Shown here: one piece after another, positions 39,980-50,503 of the stretch
Layout: the number at the start of each line of letters is the position of its first letter
Position numbering within the stretch: the first letter of the stretch is position 1
Source of the DNA: Convolutriloba macropyga
Lineage: Eukaryota
DNA length: 64,000 nt
Assembly (NCBI RefSeq): GCF_964194025.1
Contig: NC_134470.1
Location: 42,284,001-42,348,000, forward strand
Reading direction: 5' to 3'
Translations under genes and position numbers: made by a program
The notes under the pieces: generated by a model
The model's input: the letters and a program-made list of their open reading frames with translations, nothing else
What the model was told of the DNA's origin: nothing
The model's database searches: none

Positions 39980-40300
39980 ATGAAAAGCAAATCAATTTAC
40001 TTGAACATCATTCAGTTTTACAACCTTTTGTAAGTTAAAAATTTGATGCGAAATTTAGATACAAGAAAGTCCACAAAGTGTTGAGTAATTACTTTGAACT
40101 AGTTGATCCTTCAGCAACTGATAAACTTTCACACTTTCCCTTAAAGAAATGATTCTTTGGTAGACAGCTCTGGACAACATTATAGATTGTCCCATAGGGT
40201 CGGCAAAGAACAATTGATTCTCCGTTAGAGACCACAGTAAACAATGAGTGCCAAATTTATCTGCAGTTGCTGCATTAACTATTAGGAAGCAGTTTTGTTT
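39980..40300 (-). pseudogene. Polinton adenain-like cysteine protease relic
   Basis: FLIVNAATADKFGTHCLL..FFADPMG..QLVQSNYSTLCGLSC (H, D, Q and C catalytic positions). Confidence 0.8.
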
Positions 40301-40309
40301 CTTCTTGCG

Positions 40310-41600
40310 CTATCAAAATAAATTTTGTCAGCCTTTTCATCAATTATTATAATCTCTATATTGCTTGGTAAGGCAACAGAAAATCTAAAATCTATGGAGA
40401 TTGAACAGTTTGATAGCTCAGGGGGAAAAAGTCGTGGGATGCTTGTTGGGTGCTGGTCAAACCAAAAACATAAAAAAATCGTTTGGGTAATTGGAAAAAC
40501 TTATTCTGTGTCCAATATGAATATAAGCTAAATCCGATTGTGTATTAAAGTAACAACATTTGTAATCGTTCGTAGATACTGGGTTATCTGCCATAGGCAT
40601 CCCGTTTCCATTTACATTGTTCTTTTCAAGGTTGAATCTTTGAAAAGGAATTAGATTTTGCCAGTTATTACCAAGAAAACCTTTGTTTGTATTTAAGCAG
40701 ATTGCAAGCCGGTGGATTGGCTCCCTCGCAAATAAATCTTCTTGTTTCCAACTGTGAAGACCTGTTGAGGCCAAAAACGCTTTTGTTAGCGTTTCAAGAT
40801 AAAAACAGGAGGCGGGCTACTGGCCATTCTTTTTCAGTACTGGACGCAACAGTGTCATTAAGGGTCCACTTCCGCACAAACAAATTGGCTTCGACATTGT
40901 TTGCTTTGTGTTTCGCTGCATCATCAAACATAATAACAAAACCATAAATTGGTCGTCTAAAAACATTGCGAAGTCTCATACCACTAAGAAGACGTCTGTC
41001 ACAAACTTGACACAGAACTTTGACACAGAAGGGCAATTCATGTGATCCCCTCACCATAAGTTTTCATCTGCACTCTTCTCCAGTTGACAAACGTCCCGGG
41101 TTTACCTCATAGGAGTAGCCCTGACAGGCCAGCCACGTGTTTTTCGCATCTTTATTATGTGAGAACTTGGTCTCAATGAAATTGCGATAGTTTCCATTAG
41201 CGCATAGTTTTTTGCGTTTAGTTTCTTTTAGCGTTTTAAATTTTCAGTCCAGTAGCAGACACTGTACAATCAGAGAACAGTGCATGCATCACATTTTTGC
41301 AACATTATGGAGAATCTGTTTTTGTTGTTTGTGTCAGCGGTGGCACCTGCGTCAAAATTCAAATCAGCTTCCGGGGACTGGACAATTTTGTATTTATCAT
41401 CGAGAAAATTCTTTTGTAAACCAATAAAATCATTTCGGTCACCAGCGACATCAAATTCTAACATGCGTCTATTCGAACTGTATATGGCTCCCTTATTTTG
41501 ACAAGATCTACAATCAAAAGTCAATAATAGAGAAGATTTTTCAAAAAAATCAAACGAACTGTGAAAAGCTTCTGATGACAACAAAATTAGCGGTCATCTT
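40310..41600 (-). pseudogene. Polinton major capsid protein (double jelly-roll) relic
   Basis: LEFDVAGDRNDFIGLQ..KYKIV, RRLLSGMRLR..EANLFVRKWTL, EDLFAREPIHRLAICL..FQRFNL..NG, FDQHPTS/FDLT-like end. Confidence 0.8.
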
Positions 41601-41779
41601 TCACTTCGGCAAAAAAATGAAAAGTTTTTTTTTCGAGCTGTAAGCGTTGAAATGGTCTCTTTACGTTTGTTAAATCCTTTCTGTGGCTTGCTTCATATTG
41701 AATTCCTCCGACGTGAAACGATTCGTTGAGATCCTGTCTTTTTTCAAAAATTTTTGAGATTGTGTACTTAATTGCCTGC

Positions 41780-41998
41780 TTAGAAGAATTTTTGGTGCAG
41801 TCTACACCAAAAATTTTTGGAACACTTTGCCGCAAGAGCTCTTTCCGAAACGCTTTGCCTGATAAGCAAAATGAAACGACCTGCTAAAAACAGAGCTACA
41901 CGTCCAATTCCAGCAGCTAGAGCACCTCTTCCTCTTTGACGATACTGTCCAGAGAAAAGAAGTAAAGGCGTTGTTTGACTAAAATAGTAAAAAAACAA
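41780..41998 (-). pseudogene. Polinton small QRGxG-motif protein relic (PZ/core-like)
   Basis: YYFSQ..FSGQYRQRGRGALAAGIGRVAL, lying between the penton and the major capsid. Confidence 0.6.
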
Positions 41999-42004
41999 TT
42001 TTAT

Positions 42005-42740
42005 GGGGAAAACTTTTTTAATTGAAGTGTTGGAATTCTTCAGTTTCCAAAAAGGTGCTACCTGTCCTGATGCTGTTCAATTTTCAGTTGAAATGGATTG
42101 AATTGTGTGGGTCGACAGCTTCCTGTAGTCTATATTTGTAAAAACCATACTTTGAGTTGGTTTAAACTCACTCACACTACCGTTTTTCAGAGGTTGTTTC
42201 GAAGCAATGACTCGCAAAACCTAGTGTCGCCGACGTATTGATATGCAATTATGTTGGTATAGATAAAAAATTGGATGCTTTTCAACACAAAGATTGGCTG
42301 GAAACTCCCATCAATATGCTTCTGTTCATCATTTTTCATAGGCCTGTTTGAAATTGGATTCACTTTATACCTAATATGTTTTCAGTTACGGTCTGCCAAC
42401 GATGCTTAATCAAAGCTTAAAGCCAATGATGCACGGAATTTCCTCTGTGGGAAATGTAATTCTCCGATACCTGCCAAACCAAACTTCGTATTTGCAAGAG
42501 CTCTCTGAAAGAAAAACGGGGCAACCCAACTGTGCACTTAACTGTAGCAAGAAGTTGTGCCACCGTATCAGATGTTCCTGGCATACAACCAACTCGTATT
42601 TGCTACTCACCAATCACCTGAACGTTGAATTTTGTCATTGAAAAAATTCCAAAATAATGCAAGTGTGTTAGACTTAAATATTCCCATTGAAGTGGGTGAA
42701 ACAACGTGAACTCTAATTTCATCTTCAAACCGTTTGTTGG
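42005..42740 (-). pseudogene. Polinton minor capsid (penton) relic
   Basis: FIYTNIIAYQYVGDT..LRVI..FTNIDYRKL..IQSISTE..GQVAPF. Confidence 0.72.
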
Positions 42741-42759
42741 ACAGTTTTATCCAGAGCAC

Positions 42760-43500
42760 ATTGAAAACTTCTAGTTTTTGTTGACAAAAACTTACTCGAA
42801 TGAATTTGTTGTCAGCGTGAGCTAAAGGGTATGCTGGTGGGTGTAATGCTGGTATCCCCGTTTTTTTTCAAAATCTTTATCTGTGAACGATTGCCCGTAA
42901 CTTTTCTTACAAGTATAAACTATTTTTAACTTTCTCACAAAATCTCCGGAGGAAAAACAGGGCTTCTGAATTGAGCTCTGTTGTGCAATCAATGACAATA
43001 GACGTGGCAGATCCCTTTTTTAAATTCTGACTTGTGCAATTTATTTACCCTATTGACTCAAATTGGTCTAATTAGTCAATGTAGGATTGAGTCCATTTTT
43101 CCTCTAGATAATGATGAATTATCGCCTTCACCGATCTAATATTCCTCTCTGCAAAAGATGAGTTTTTTGTGAGAGAGTACTATATAAATGAAGTCCATTT
43201 ACGTTGCACAGTTGTTTGGATGCTCTGAAAAATATTGCACTATCGTCAGCCCATACTTTTTTGCGCTTTTAGGTATTTGAACAACTCTGTGAAATTTTTT
43301 AGTTGTTTCTGTCGCATGCTTTGTCTTCATGTTTAAATGAACTGCTACCATGTTTAAATCATGAACTGCTCTTCATGTTTAAATGAACTGCTACCATGAG
43401 AAATTTTATTGTACGGTTAAGTTTTGCTAGATTGTCGACGGGGCCTAATTCAGTGAGCAAAGTTTAATTATATCTTTCAAAAAAACCTTTAAGCCCGGGA
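42760..43500 (-). pseudogene. Polinton retroviral-like integrase relic
   Basis: MKTKHATET, SFAERNIRSVKAII..EEKWTQSYID, GDFVR..KSYGQSFTD. Confidence 0.78.
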
Positions 43501-44449
43501 AACTTTATTTGAACTGAACGGTATAAAAATGCGTTTTTTATGCGAACTGAACGTCATTTAGTGAGAGACGGCTATGTGTCCCATTAGGACTGCAATTTGC
43601 GGGAACAGAGCTTGCTCTGAGTATGTAATCGTTTTGCGCTTCCATATGAAGCTGGTCCTTTTGAATAAAACTGGTCGTTTTCTACTTCAGGAAAAAAAAC
43701 ATATTTTATGACTCACCTCTTTTTTGTGGTTGATTTTGAGCCACTGCTGATGGCTTGTTCTCGACTTGGGAACAACTCTTGTCTACCTGCCGACGACGCT
43801 TCCAAGAAGCGATTGGCTTGTGTTTGCAGCTAAATGAGGCGATACGTCGAGAGCTTTCAACATTTTGGAATAGTTTTCAAAGTTAATTTTCACGAATTTG
43901 GATATTATATACCCAGAACAATATTTTTTTCACTATTGTTCCAATCTTTCTGTAATCGTTGGCTTGTTCCGACTTTTTTCTTCTGGTTTCTCATTCTTTT
44001 CCTCGACGCTACACACAGTGACATTCTTTTGTTCTTTCAGGGTGTTTTCAGACTCGTTTGTTTTAAGACGTGTTAAATAAGCTGCTTTCTGTTCATAAAG
44101 AGTGTTGTGCAAAATTTCACGTTTAACGGTCTGGTATGATACAATCGTTTGGGAATCAAAAAGAAGTCCTCCTTATGCATTATGCTTTTGTCAAGTAACG
44201 ATATAAATAGAAACCAGAAACTCTGACCAATTCGTTTTCTGAGACTAAAACTCGCCTCTTTTGTTTCAAACTAGTTTGATTATAAAATCCTTTTTTAAAA
44301 AAAGTTTCTGCGGCCCTCCTATTTTAGTTTCATTAAAGGGACCGTTGCAATTTACAATATTGAAAAATTACTCGGAAAGGAACTTGAAAAAAATATTTGG
44401 AATTATGTCGGTTATTTGTTTTTTTTTGTATCTGTTGTATTTAGCATCA

Positions 44450-45111
44450 GTTTCAGCATACATAATTTTTTCTCTCTCATGGGTTTAATTTTGTGATAAC
44501 AGATTTAAATGAGGGAAGACAAATCAATAATGATCCTGCAGGAAGAAAATTCGAACAATAACCTAGGACGTCAGATGTTTTTAGATCCAAGTCAACTAAA
44601 AAATAGCCAATCTGCTTTCTGATTGCTGACTCATTCCCCTTTTCAAAAGTCGCGTGTTTTCCAGTTGTCGACCATTAAAAACCAACTTGTTGTGCACTAA
44701 GTGTTGATTTGAACAAAGTGATGATTGTTTTGTTCTAGTCTGTTGTTCTATATCACTACCTCTGTGGAAACAAATTGTGTTTCAAGTAAATTACGCTGAT
44801 TTTTCTGCGTCATCCCGCAGCTGCGAATTTTGGAAATTGTTTTTCTTTGAAAACTTCTTCAAGTGGGTCTTCGAAGACAAGCACAGAGTTTCCCAACTCC
44901 AAAATGAGTTCAAAACCCAAAATTTCCTTAAACTGTATGATCAGTTTCTTCTCTAATGACTGAAGTTTTGGCTGATTGTGCTAAAAAAAGTTCGAAACGC
45001 TGTTGAAAATGTACCAGGTAGTCACGTTTTGAATATGAGATGAGTTTTCCTACAAGATGCCACAACAGCCATGAACAACTTGTCAGAGGTGGAAATTAGT
45101 TTTTTTTTCAT
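44450..45111 (-). pseudogene. Polinton FtsK/A32-like packaging ATPase relic
   Basis: MKKKLISTSDKLFMAVVASCRKTHLIF (degenerate Walker A), VLVFED (Walker B), AAGRRK..VIYLKHNLF. Confidence 0.75.
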
Positions 45112-45556
45112 AATTTGAAATGGAGAAGAGCATACCCAAATGTGCAAGAGAGAAGAGAAAACCAAAATGTTTTGCGTAATCAAATTTGGGGAACACCAAT
45201 TTGTTCAGAGAAACAGTTGTAAAAAATGTATTTTAAAAATTTGTGTGAAATATACAACTTCTTAACGAGGTAACCTCGAATCAGAGAACCTCTGAGACTG
45301 TCTTTCTGGTTTCAAATGGAAATCTGAGAATGATGTCTATGATTTGTTGCAAATAGAAGTAAAGATATTCTCCAGTTTACCACAAAATACCGTGCAAGAA
45401 CTTAGAAAGCCACTTGTAAGATTTTTTATCACTTGAAGAGAGCGTTCTGTATGATTCTGGAGGCAGGAAGAAAATCGTTTCTATAAAGTTTTCTATAGCA
45501 ATAGCAAGTTCGTTAATTATAAAGACCAACTTAATTCGACGACTTTCAAAATCAAG

Positions 45557-45999
45557 AAACCTAACCGACTGACGTTGGGCGAGTTGCTCTCAAACGACGG
45601 GCGAGCGGTTAGCTTCGTCAGTAGCTAGCGACTGTTTAGTGAGGCTAGCTTTAGATTAATTGAAGGGGTGTAAGGTGAGCGTAATGGGGTGCGCCGCAGC
45701 GGGAGTGCAAAACTGGATTACGGGGAATGCTTGGGTGGGGGTGTGGGATCAATTTCTAAGAACCACCGTTCACACCATGGATATAAGTCTCCAAAACAAT
45801 TTCTGTTGATCATAAACTTGAAGAATAGTGAGCTGAACGGCTCTAATGGATCTTTAAGCAAACTGGGCGCTGCATCTTTGTCCTGTTTCTGAAGACGAAA
45901 GTCAAATGGGGCCGACGAAAAATCGGCCAAGCAAAAAATTGCCTAAAAGAGTCAAACAAGATTAATATATTTGGAGCAAATTGCTTTTGAGAGCAGTTA
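45557..45999 (-). mobile_element. HINE-like copy 5
   Basis: aaacctaaccgactgacgttgggcgagttgctctcaaacga ... tttgagagcagtt. Confidence 0.8.
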
Positions 46000-46499
46000 A
46001 AAATGATTTTCTAAAAAATCTTTTAGGTCATTTATGATTAAAAAAAACATTTTTACTATAACTCATTGTTAATGAGGATCTGAGATGATGACATTAGGCC
46101 ACATAACAGCAGCTAAAGGGCGGCATCAACAAAAAGAGAGAGGGAGAGATAGAGTGCGAGAGAAAGAGAGATAAAACGGGAACGAGAAAGGAAACGTTAA
46201 CGTGAAGGAAAGAAACTCCAACCGACAGAGAAAGAGAGGGTATTTTTTCCATGATAAGATTTGACTCTGCAACTTCTAGTTTTCTAGCATTCTTAGTAAA
46301 TAAATCATATAGAAAAAAACCAAAAAATGCAAAATGAAAAACAAAAATTTTCAATTTCAAAGTAAAAAAGTTCAAAACCAATTTTTGCCAGGATCGTTCT
46401 GTCAAATAATTCATCTCCATGACTTAAAAAGTTTCGTTGACCAGTATTGGTTGTTAAACTAAGAAAAAAAAACAAAAAATATTGAAAAATTTGGAAAAA

Positions 46500-47690
46500 A
46501 ATGAAAATTTTCACAAAATCTTGCTAAAAATCTTGCTATTAATATCTTAAGAACCAATTCTTTTTCTCAAGAGACTATCCAGTATCCTTTTTTCAAGCCT
46601 GAAATGGCTTTCCTGGCTCATAAAGGTCCATACACTTGGAAAGTGATAACAATTTCCGAAACATTGAAAATTTTTTTCTAATTTATCCTAAGATTACTAA
46701 AACTGGAGTCATAGAAAATATTTAACACCATTACATTAACACTAGAACTTATGCAGCACCTTATTATCAAAACTTAGAGGTCCCAGGGCCCCTGGTGCCG
46801 GAAAAAATTCAAAACCATGAAAAATTGCTTTTATTTTAAATTGCTTATATTCGTGATATTAAAATCTTGAAAAAAATTCTATTACTTTTAAAAACTATGC
46901 AGTAACATTTTATCAAACCCTAGAAGAAGTTCCGTGGCTTTTGAGGCTAGAGAAACCTTAAAAAATGACAAACAGTTTCAAAAAAGATTACAAGTTTTAC
47001 AAAAAACAATTGCTGAAACTTTTGATATTAAAGAGTTGAAAACTATTTCCTGACCAACAAAAATTCTCCAGTCAATTATTATCAAAAGCTAACATAGGTT
47101 TTTCCTTGAGCTGAAAAATTGGAACTTTGACTATCAATGTCAAAAAAAATGAAAAAAATTGGCAACAATTGTAAGAAAAAGCTAGAGTTCGTGATTTTTA
47201 AATCTTGCAAGACATCTAGAAATTATACAGTAACCTATTTACAAACCCTAGAGGAGGTTCCTTGGCTATTGAAGCTGAAAAAACCTAAAGAAAAAGGCAA
47301 ACATTTTCTAAAAATTTTAGCAAGTTTCTTAAAAAAAAGCTAAAATTTGTGACATTAAAAAGTTGTAAAGATATTCCATGGCCTATTAAAATTTTTCAGT
47401 GACTTATGTTCAAAACCCTTGAGAAGTTTTCTGGCCGCTGGGTCAGGAAAGACCTGAATAAGGAAAAATAAATATCAAAAAATTTGAAAAAATTGCACGT
47501 TTTGTCAAAAAATTGCTAAAATTCGTGATGCTAAAATGTTGAAACCATTCCATTACCACTAGAAACTATGCAGTAACCTATTATTATAACCTATAGGAGG
47601 TTCCTTGATACCTAAGGCTAATAAAAATCAAAATTGTCAAACATGATCAAAAAGCGTGAAAAAAATTGTGCAAAATAGTATAACTTTGCG
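46500..47690. repeat. Diverged satellite-like array, about 168-bp monomer with A/B alternation
   Basis: (cg/t)tga(t/c)..aaa..ttg anchors at about 46851, 47021, 47189, 47348 and 47523; cagtaac..tt..aaccct(a)..g(a)aggttcc recurs in alternate units. Confidence 0.7.
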
Positions 47691-47698
47691 TGTTTTTA

Positions 47699-48084
47699 GC
47701 GAGCAGTTGTTCGTCAGTAGCTAGAAACGGGGGGGGGGTGCGCCGAGGGCTGATGAGGGGGTGGGTAACCGTGGGTTGGAGGGGAGGGGGGTAACAGCGC
47801 GGGGGTGGGGGGGTGGGGGCAATAGTGGGGGGGTCAACAGTGAAGGGGTCTTCAACCTCTCAGAACCGCCCTTCACAGCATAAGTATGTCTCCAAAGCAG
47901 TTTGAGCTGAAACAGAGCTGAAAGGCTCTAAGAGAAATTAATGCCCGCTAGGTGCTACCTGTTTATCCCGCTTTTAGGGACAAAAAGTCAAAAGCTTCAG
48001 ACGAAAAACGGTCAAGCGAAAAATCGCATAAAAAAGACCGACAGGACTAATATAATTGCTACAAACTTCGTCTGTGAGCAATTA
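47699..48084 (-). mobile_element. HINE-like copy 6 (hairpin end missing)
   Basis: G-rich core and aattgctacaaacttcgtctgtgagcaatt end. Confidence 0.72.
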
Positions 48085-48511
48085 ATAACTGCTCGTGATT
48101 TCAGCCTTCCAACAAACTGTACACAAAAAATCGCTTTTTAGTGCTCTTTTCTAGAGCAAAAATCAATTCATTCAATTCTGTCACCTGATTATTTCCCCTC
48201 TAAAAAGTTTCAAAATTTTAAAATTTTTTGTGTTTCAACCCCCATACTGCGCATGTGAAAAAAAGTGAACACAAAAGTTGACACAAAAATAATTTTTTGA
48301 GTGCTTTTTTTATAGCGAAAATCTATTCCAAAGAATTTTAAGACTTCAACAAATTTTGAAAAATTTTAGCACAAAATTTTTAATTTTTCTAATTTTGAGG
48401 CCTTTGGTCTATATCAGACAAAATTTTTTATGTTAGCGCTAAAGTGTTATAGTCAGTCTCTATCAGCTCAGAAGTTGTTTGTCGTCCTCTGCAGTAACCA
48501 TTCCAGCAAAC

Positions 48512-48769
48512 GCGATTTGCCATTTGCTTGTAGGTGGGGGGTTCTGGACACCCCCTAACAGAATTCAAATCGACCAAAATCCTGATTTCTTTCAATGCAA
48601 ATTTGTTCACGTTTCAGCAGTCAGTGTAGCAACTAGAGTCTACGGGAGTTTGCTGAAACTTGAACGAATTTTCATTTCGAAAGAAATCAGGATTTTGGTC
48701 GATTTGAATTCTTGCAGGAGGGGGGGTCCAAACCCCCACCCCCTCCCCTACAAGCATATGGCAAATTGC
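48512..48769. mobile_element. Foldback/MITE with about 110-bp inverted arms and a spacer of about 30 bp
   Basis: agaattcaaatcgaccaaaatcctgatttctttc is the exact reverse complement of gaaagaaatcaggattttggtcgatttgaattct; outer arms atttgccat..gcttgtagg / cctacaagc..atggcaaat. Confidence 0.85.
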
Positions 48770-49244
48770 TATACTACTGACATTAGTAACAATATGAAGC
48801 CTTACGTGGTAACGTTTTGAAGCAAAAACGGTAAAATGTGGTTAAGAAAAAGACACCAGCTATTAGCTGTTAGTGGGCTATCTTAAGGCAGGAAAAACTT
48901 TTCGATTAGATTGGCTCAACAAAAACAATCAGTTTTTATGGCTAATAACCAGAATAATCGAATTCTGCAGTATAGTCGAAGGTCAGTCCCCTTTTTAAAA
49001 CGCAAGTTGTGAATTGTTTCTAGTTTATAACTTTCATTCAGTTCCTTTTCCACGTTTTAAATTTGAACTTTGAGAATTGAACGCACAGTTTCCGTGCATC
49101 TTTTGTGCGTTTCAGGGGCTGAAAGGGACGAAAGGTGCAGCGAATGAAATCTTTTCAATCGTTTTGAAACACTCAAAAGTTGCATTGAAATTTGAAGAGG
49201 TTGTTATTATTTGTAAAACCGACCAATGTTATTATTTTACTAAC

Positions 49245-50503
49245 TTGGCATCATTTTCGAAAAGGACCACAGAACGCGAAAGCGAAACAGTTCCAGGGTA
49301 ACAGGAGAAAAAGCTGGAAACGAAGTTAGTGAAGCCGGCGGCAAGAATTTCTTGATCAGTTCCAGGTTGTTTGTTCCGTGGCGTTTTCTGGCTCTTAGAG
49401 TTGAAGACTTTGATGAAAGATAAATGCATAGAAACAGCAACAACGGATAGCACCAAAGCTGATTTGAAGACGTTGAAGTTCAACCTCATTTTGGGGGGTA
49501 TCGAATGCATTTCGATATGGATTTCACCAACTGATGAAATGCCAAACTTTTTGCCTAAATCGAACGTGTAGTTTAAAAAGGCTGCTATAAAGACTACAAT
49601 AAAGTCCATTGGGAATTCGACATATTTCCACCGTTTCTTCAGCATTTGGACAATAGCTTTTGAAGGTAATAGTAAGAGTAGACTGCAAAGAAATATAACA
49701 AATTCAGCTACATTAAATTTGTCAATATTTTCACCAGCCTCGTAAAGCTTTCCAATAACTGGGAAATCGGATGGGGGGATTTTATTACTATGCTCAATTC
49801 CAGCCGCTCCAAAGCAAATATTTTTAATCTGACTGGCACTAATGTGAAATGCTATAGCTGTTGTAAAAGCTCTCACAATTGTCTGGTCTAAAAATTGGGC
49901 TATTTTGCCAAAGTTCAAAAGCATCATAAACATTTGCAATAAGCCCATAATAAAGGACTGGGAAGCGCCGATTGAAATTCTGTCTTTCTCGGAGCACTGC
50001 TCGGGATCTTTGCAGATTTCATCGATCGAGTCACCCACCAGCATACTCAGCAGGGCAAAAGTTCCGAATGAAGCCGAAGGACACGTGCCCAAAATGGCGT
50101 AAATGAGAGGTTGAATAATGGATATGTAAATGCCCACTACCGGTGGCATTTTAGCCAATATCGCGTATGCCATACATTGAGGAATTACTAAGGCCGTCAG
50201 TATAAGTGCCGCGTTTAGATCTAGTAATAGGTTCGACTTGAACGAGTAATTTCTGAATGTTGGAAACAATTGAAGGTTTCGCATCTTCCGGCAGAACCAG
50301 TGGAAGGGTGTCAGAACATAATAGCACGAATATTTTTGGGGTTTATAATTGGCAGGGACGTGGGCAACTGAGCCATTTGAAGACCTGCTACTGTAATCTC
50401 CAGTTTTTCCATGATTTCGTCCCAACAAATCGCTCGTGTAGTAAGCCGTTCGCTCGATGTTGACCACATTACAGTTGTTTACTTGTGAGCTCGATGCCGC
50501 CAT
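49245..50503 (-). CDS. SLC26/SulP anion transporter, exon 1 (N-terminus to TM10)
   Basis: ATG-initiated ORF with SLC26 motifs IPQCMAYAILAKMPPVVGIY, GTFALLSM, AFTTAIAFHI, DQEILAAG and SLSRS. It ends at donor GCCAA|GTTAGT (phase 2, 1259 nt). Confidence 0.95.

Larger units (their letters stand above)
36800..45550 (-). mobile_element. Fossil Polinton/Maverick (adintovirus-like) element in SLC26 intron 1; boundaries uncertain
   Basis: Co-oriented relics of packaging ATPase, rve integrase, minor capsid, QRGxG protein, major capsid and adenain-like protease. No pPolB or TIR recognised. Confidence 0.85.

Noticed and set aside
35000-46000. Polinton pPolB gene and terminal inverted repeats
   Set aside because: Looked for but no convincing motifs or matching ends, so the element limits are approximate.
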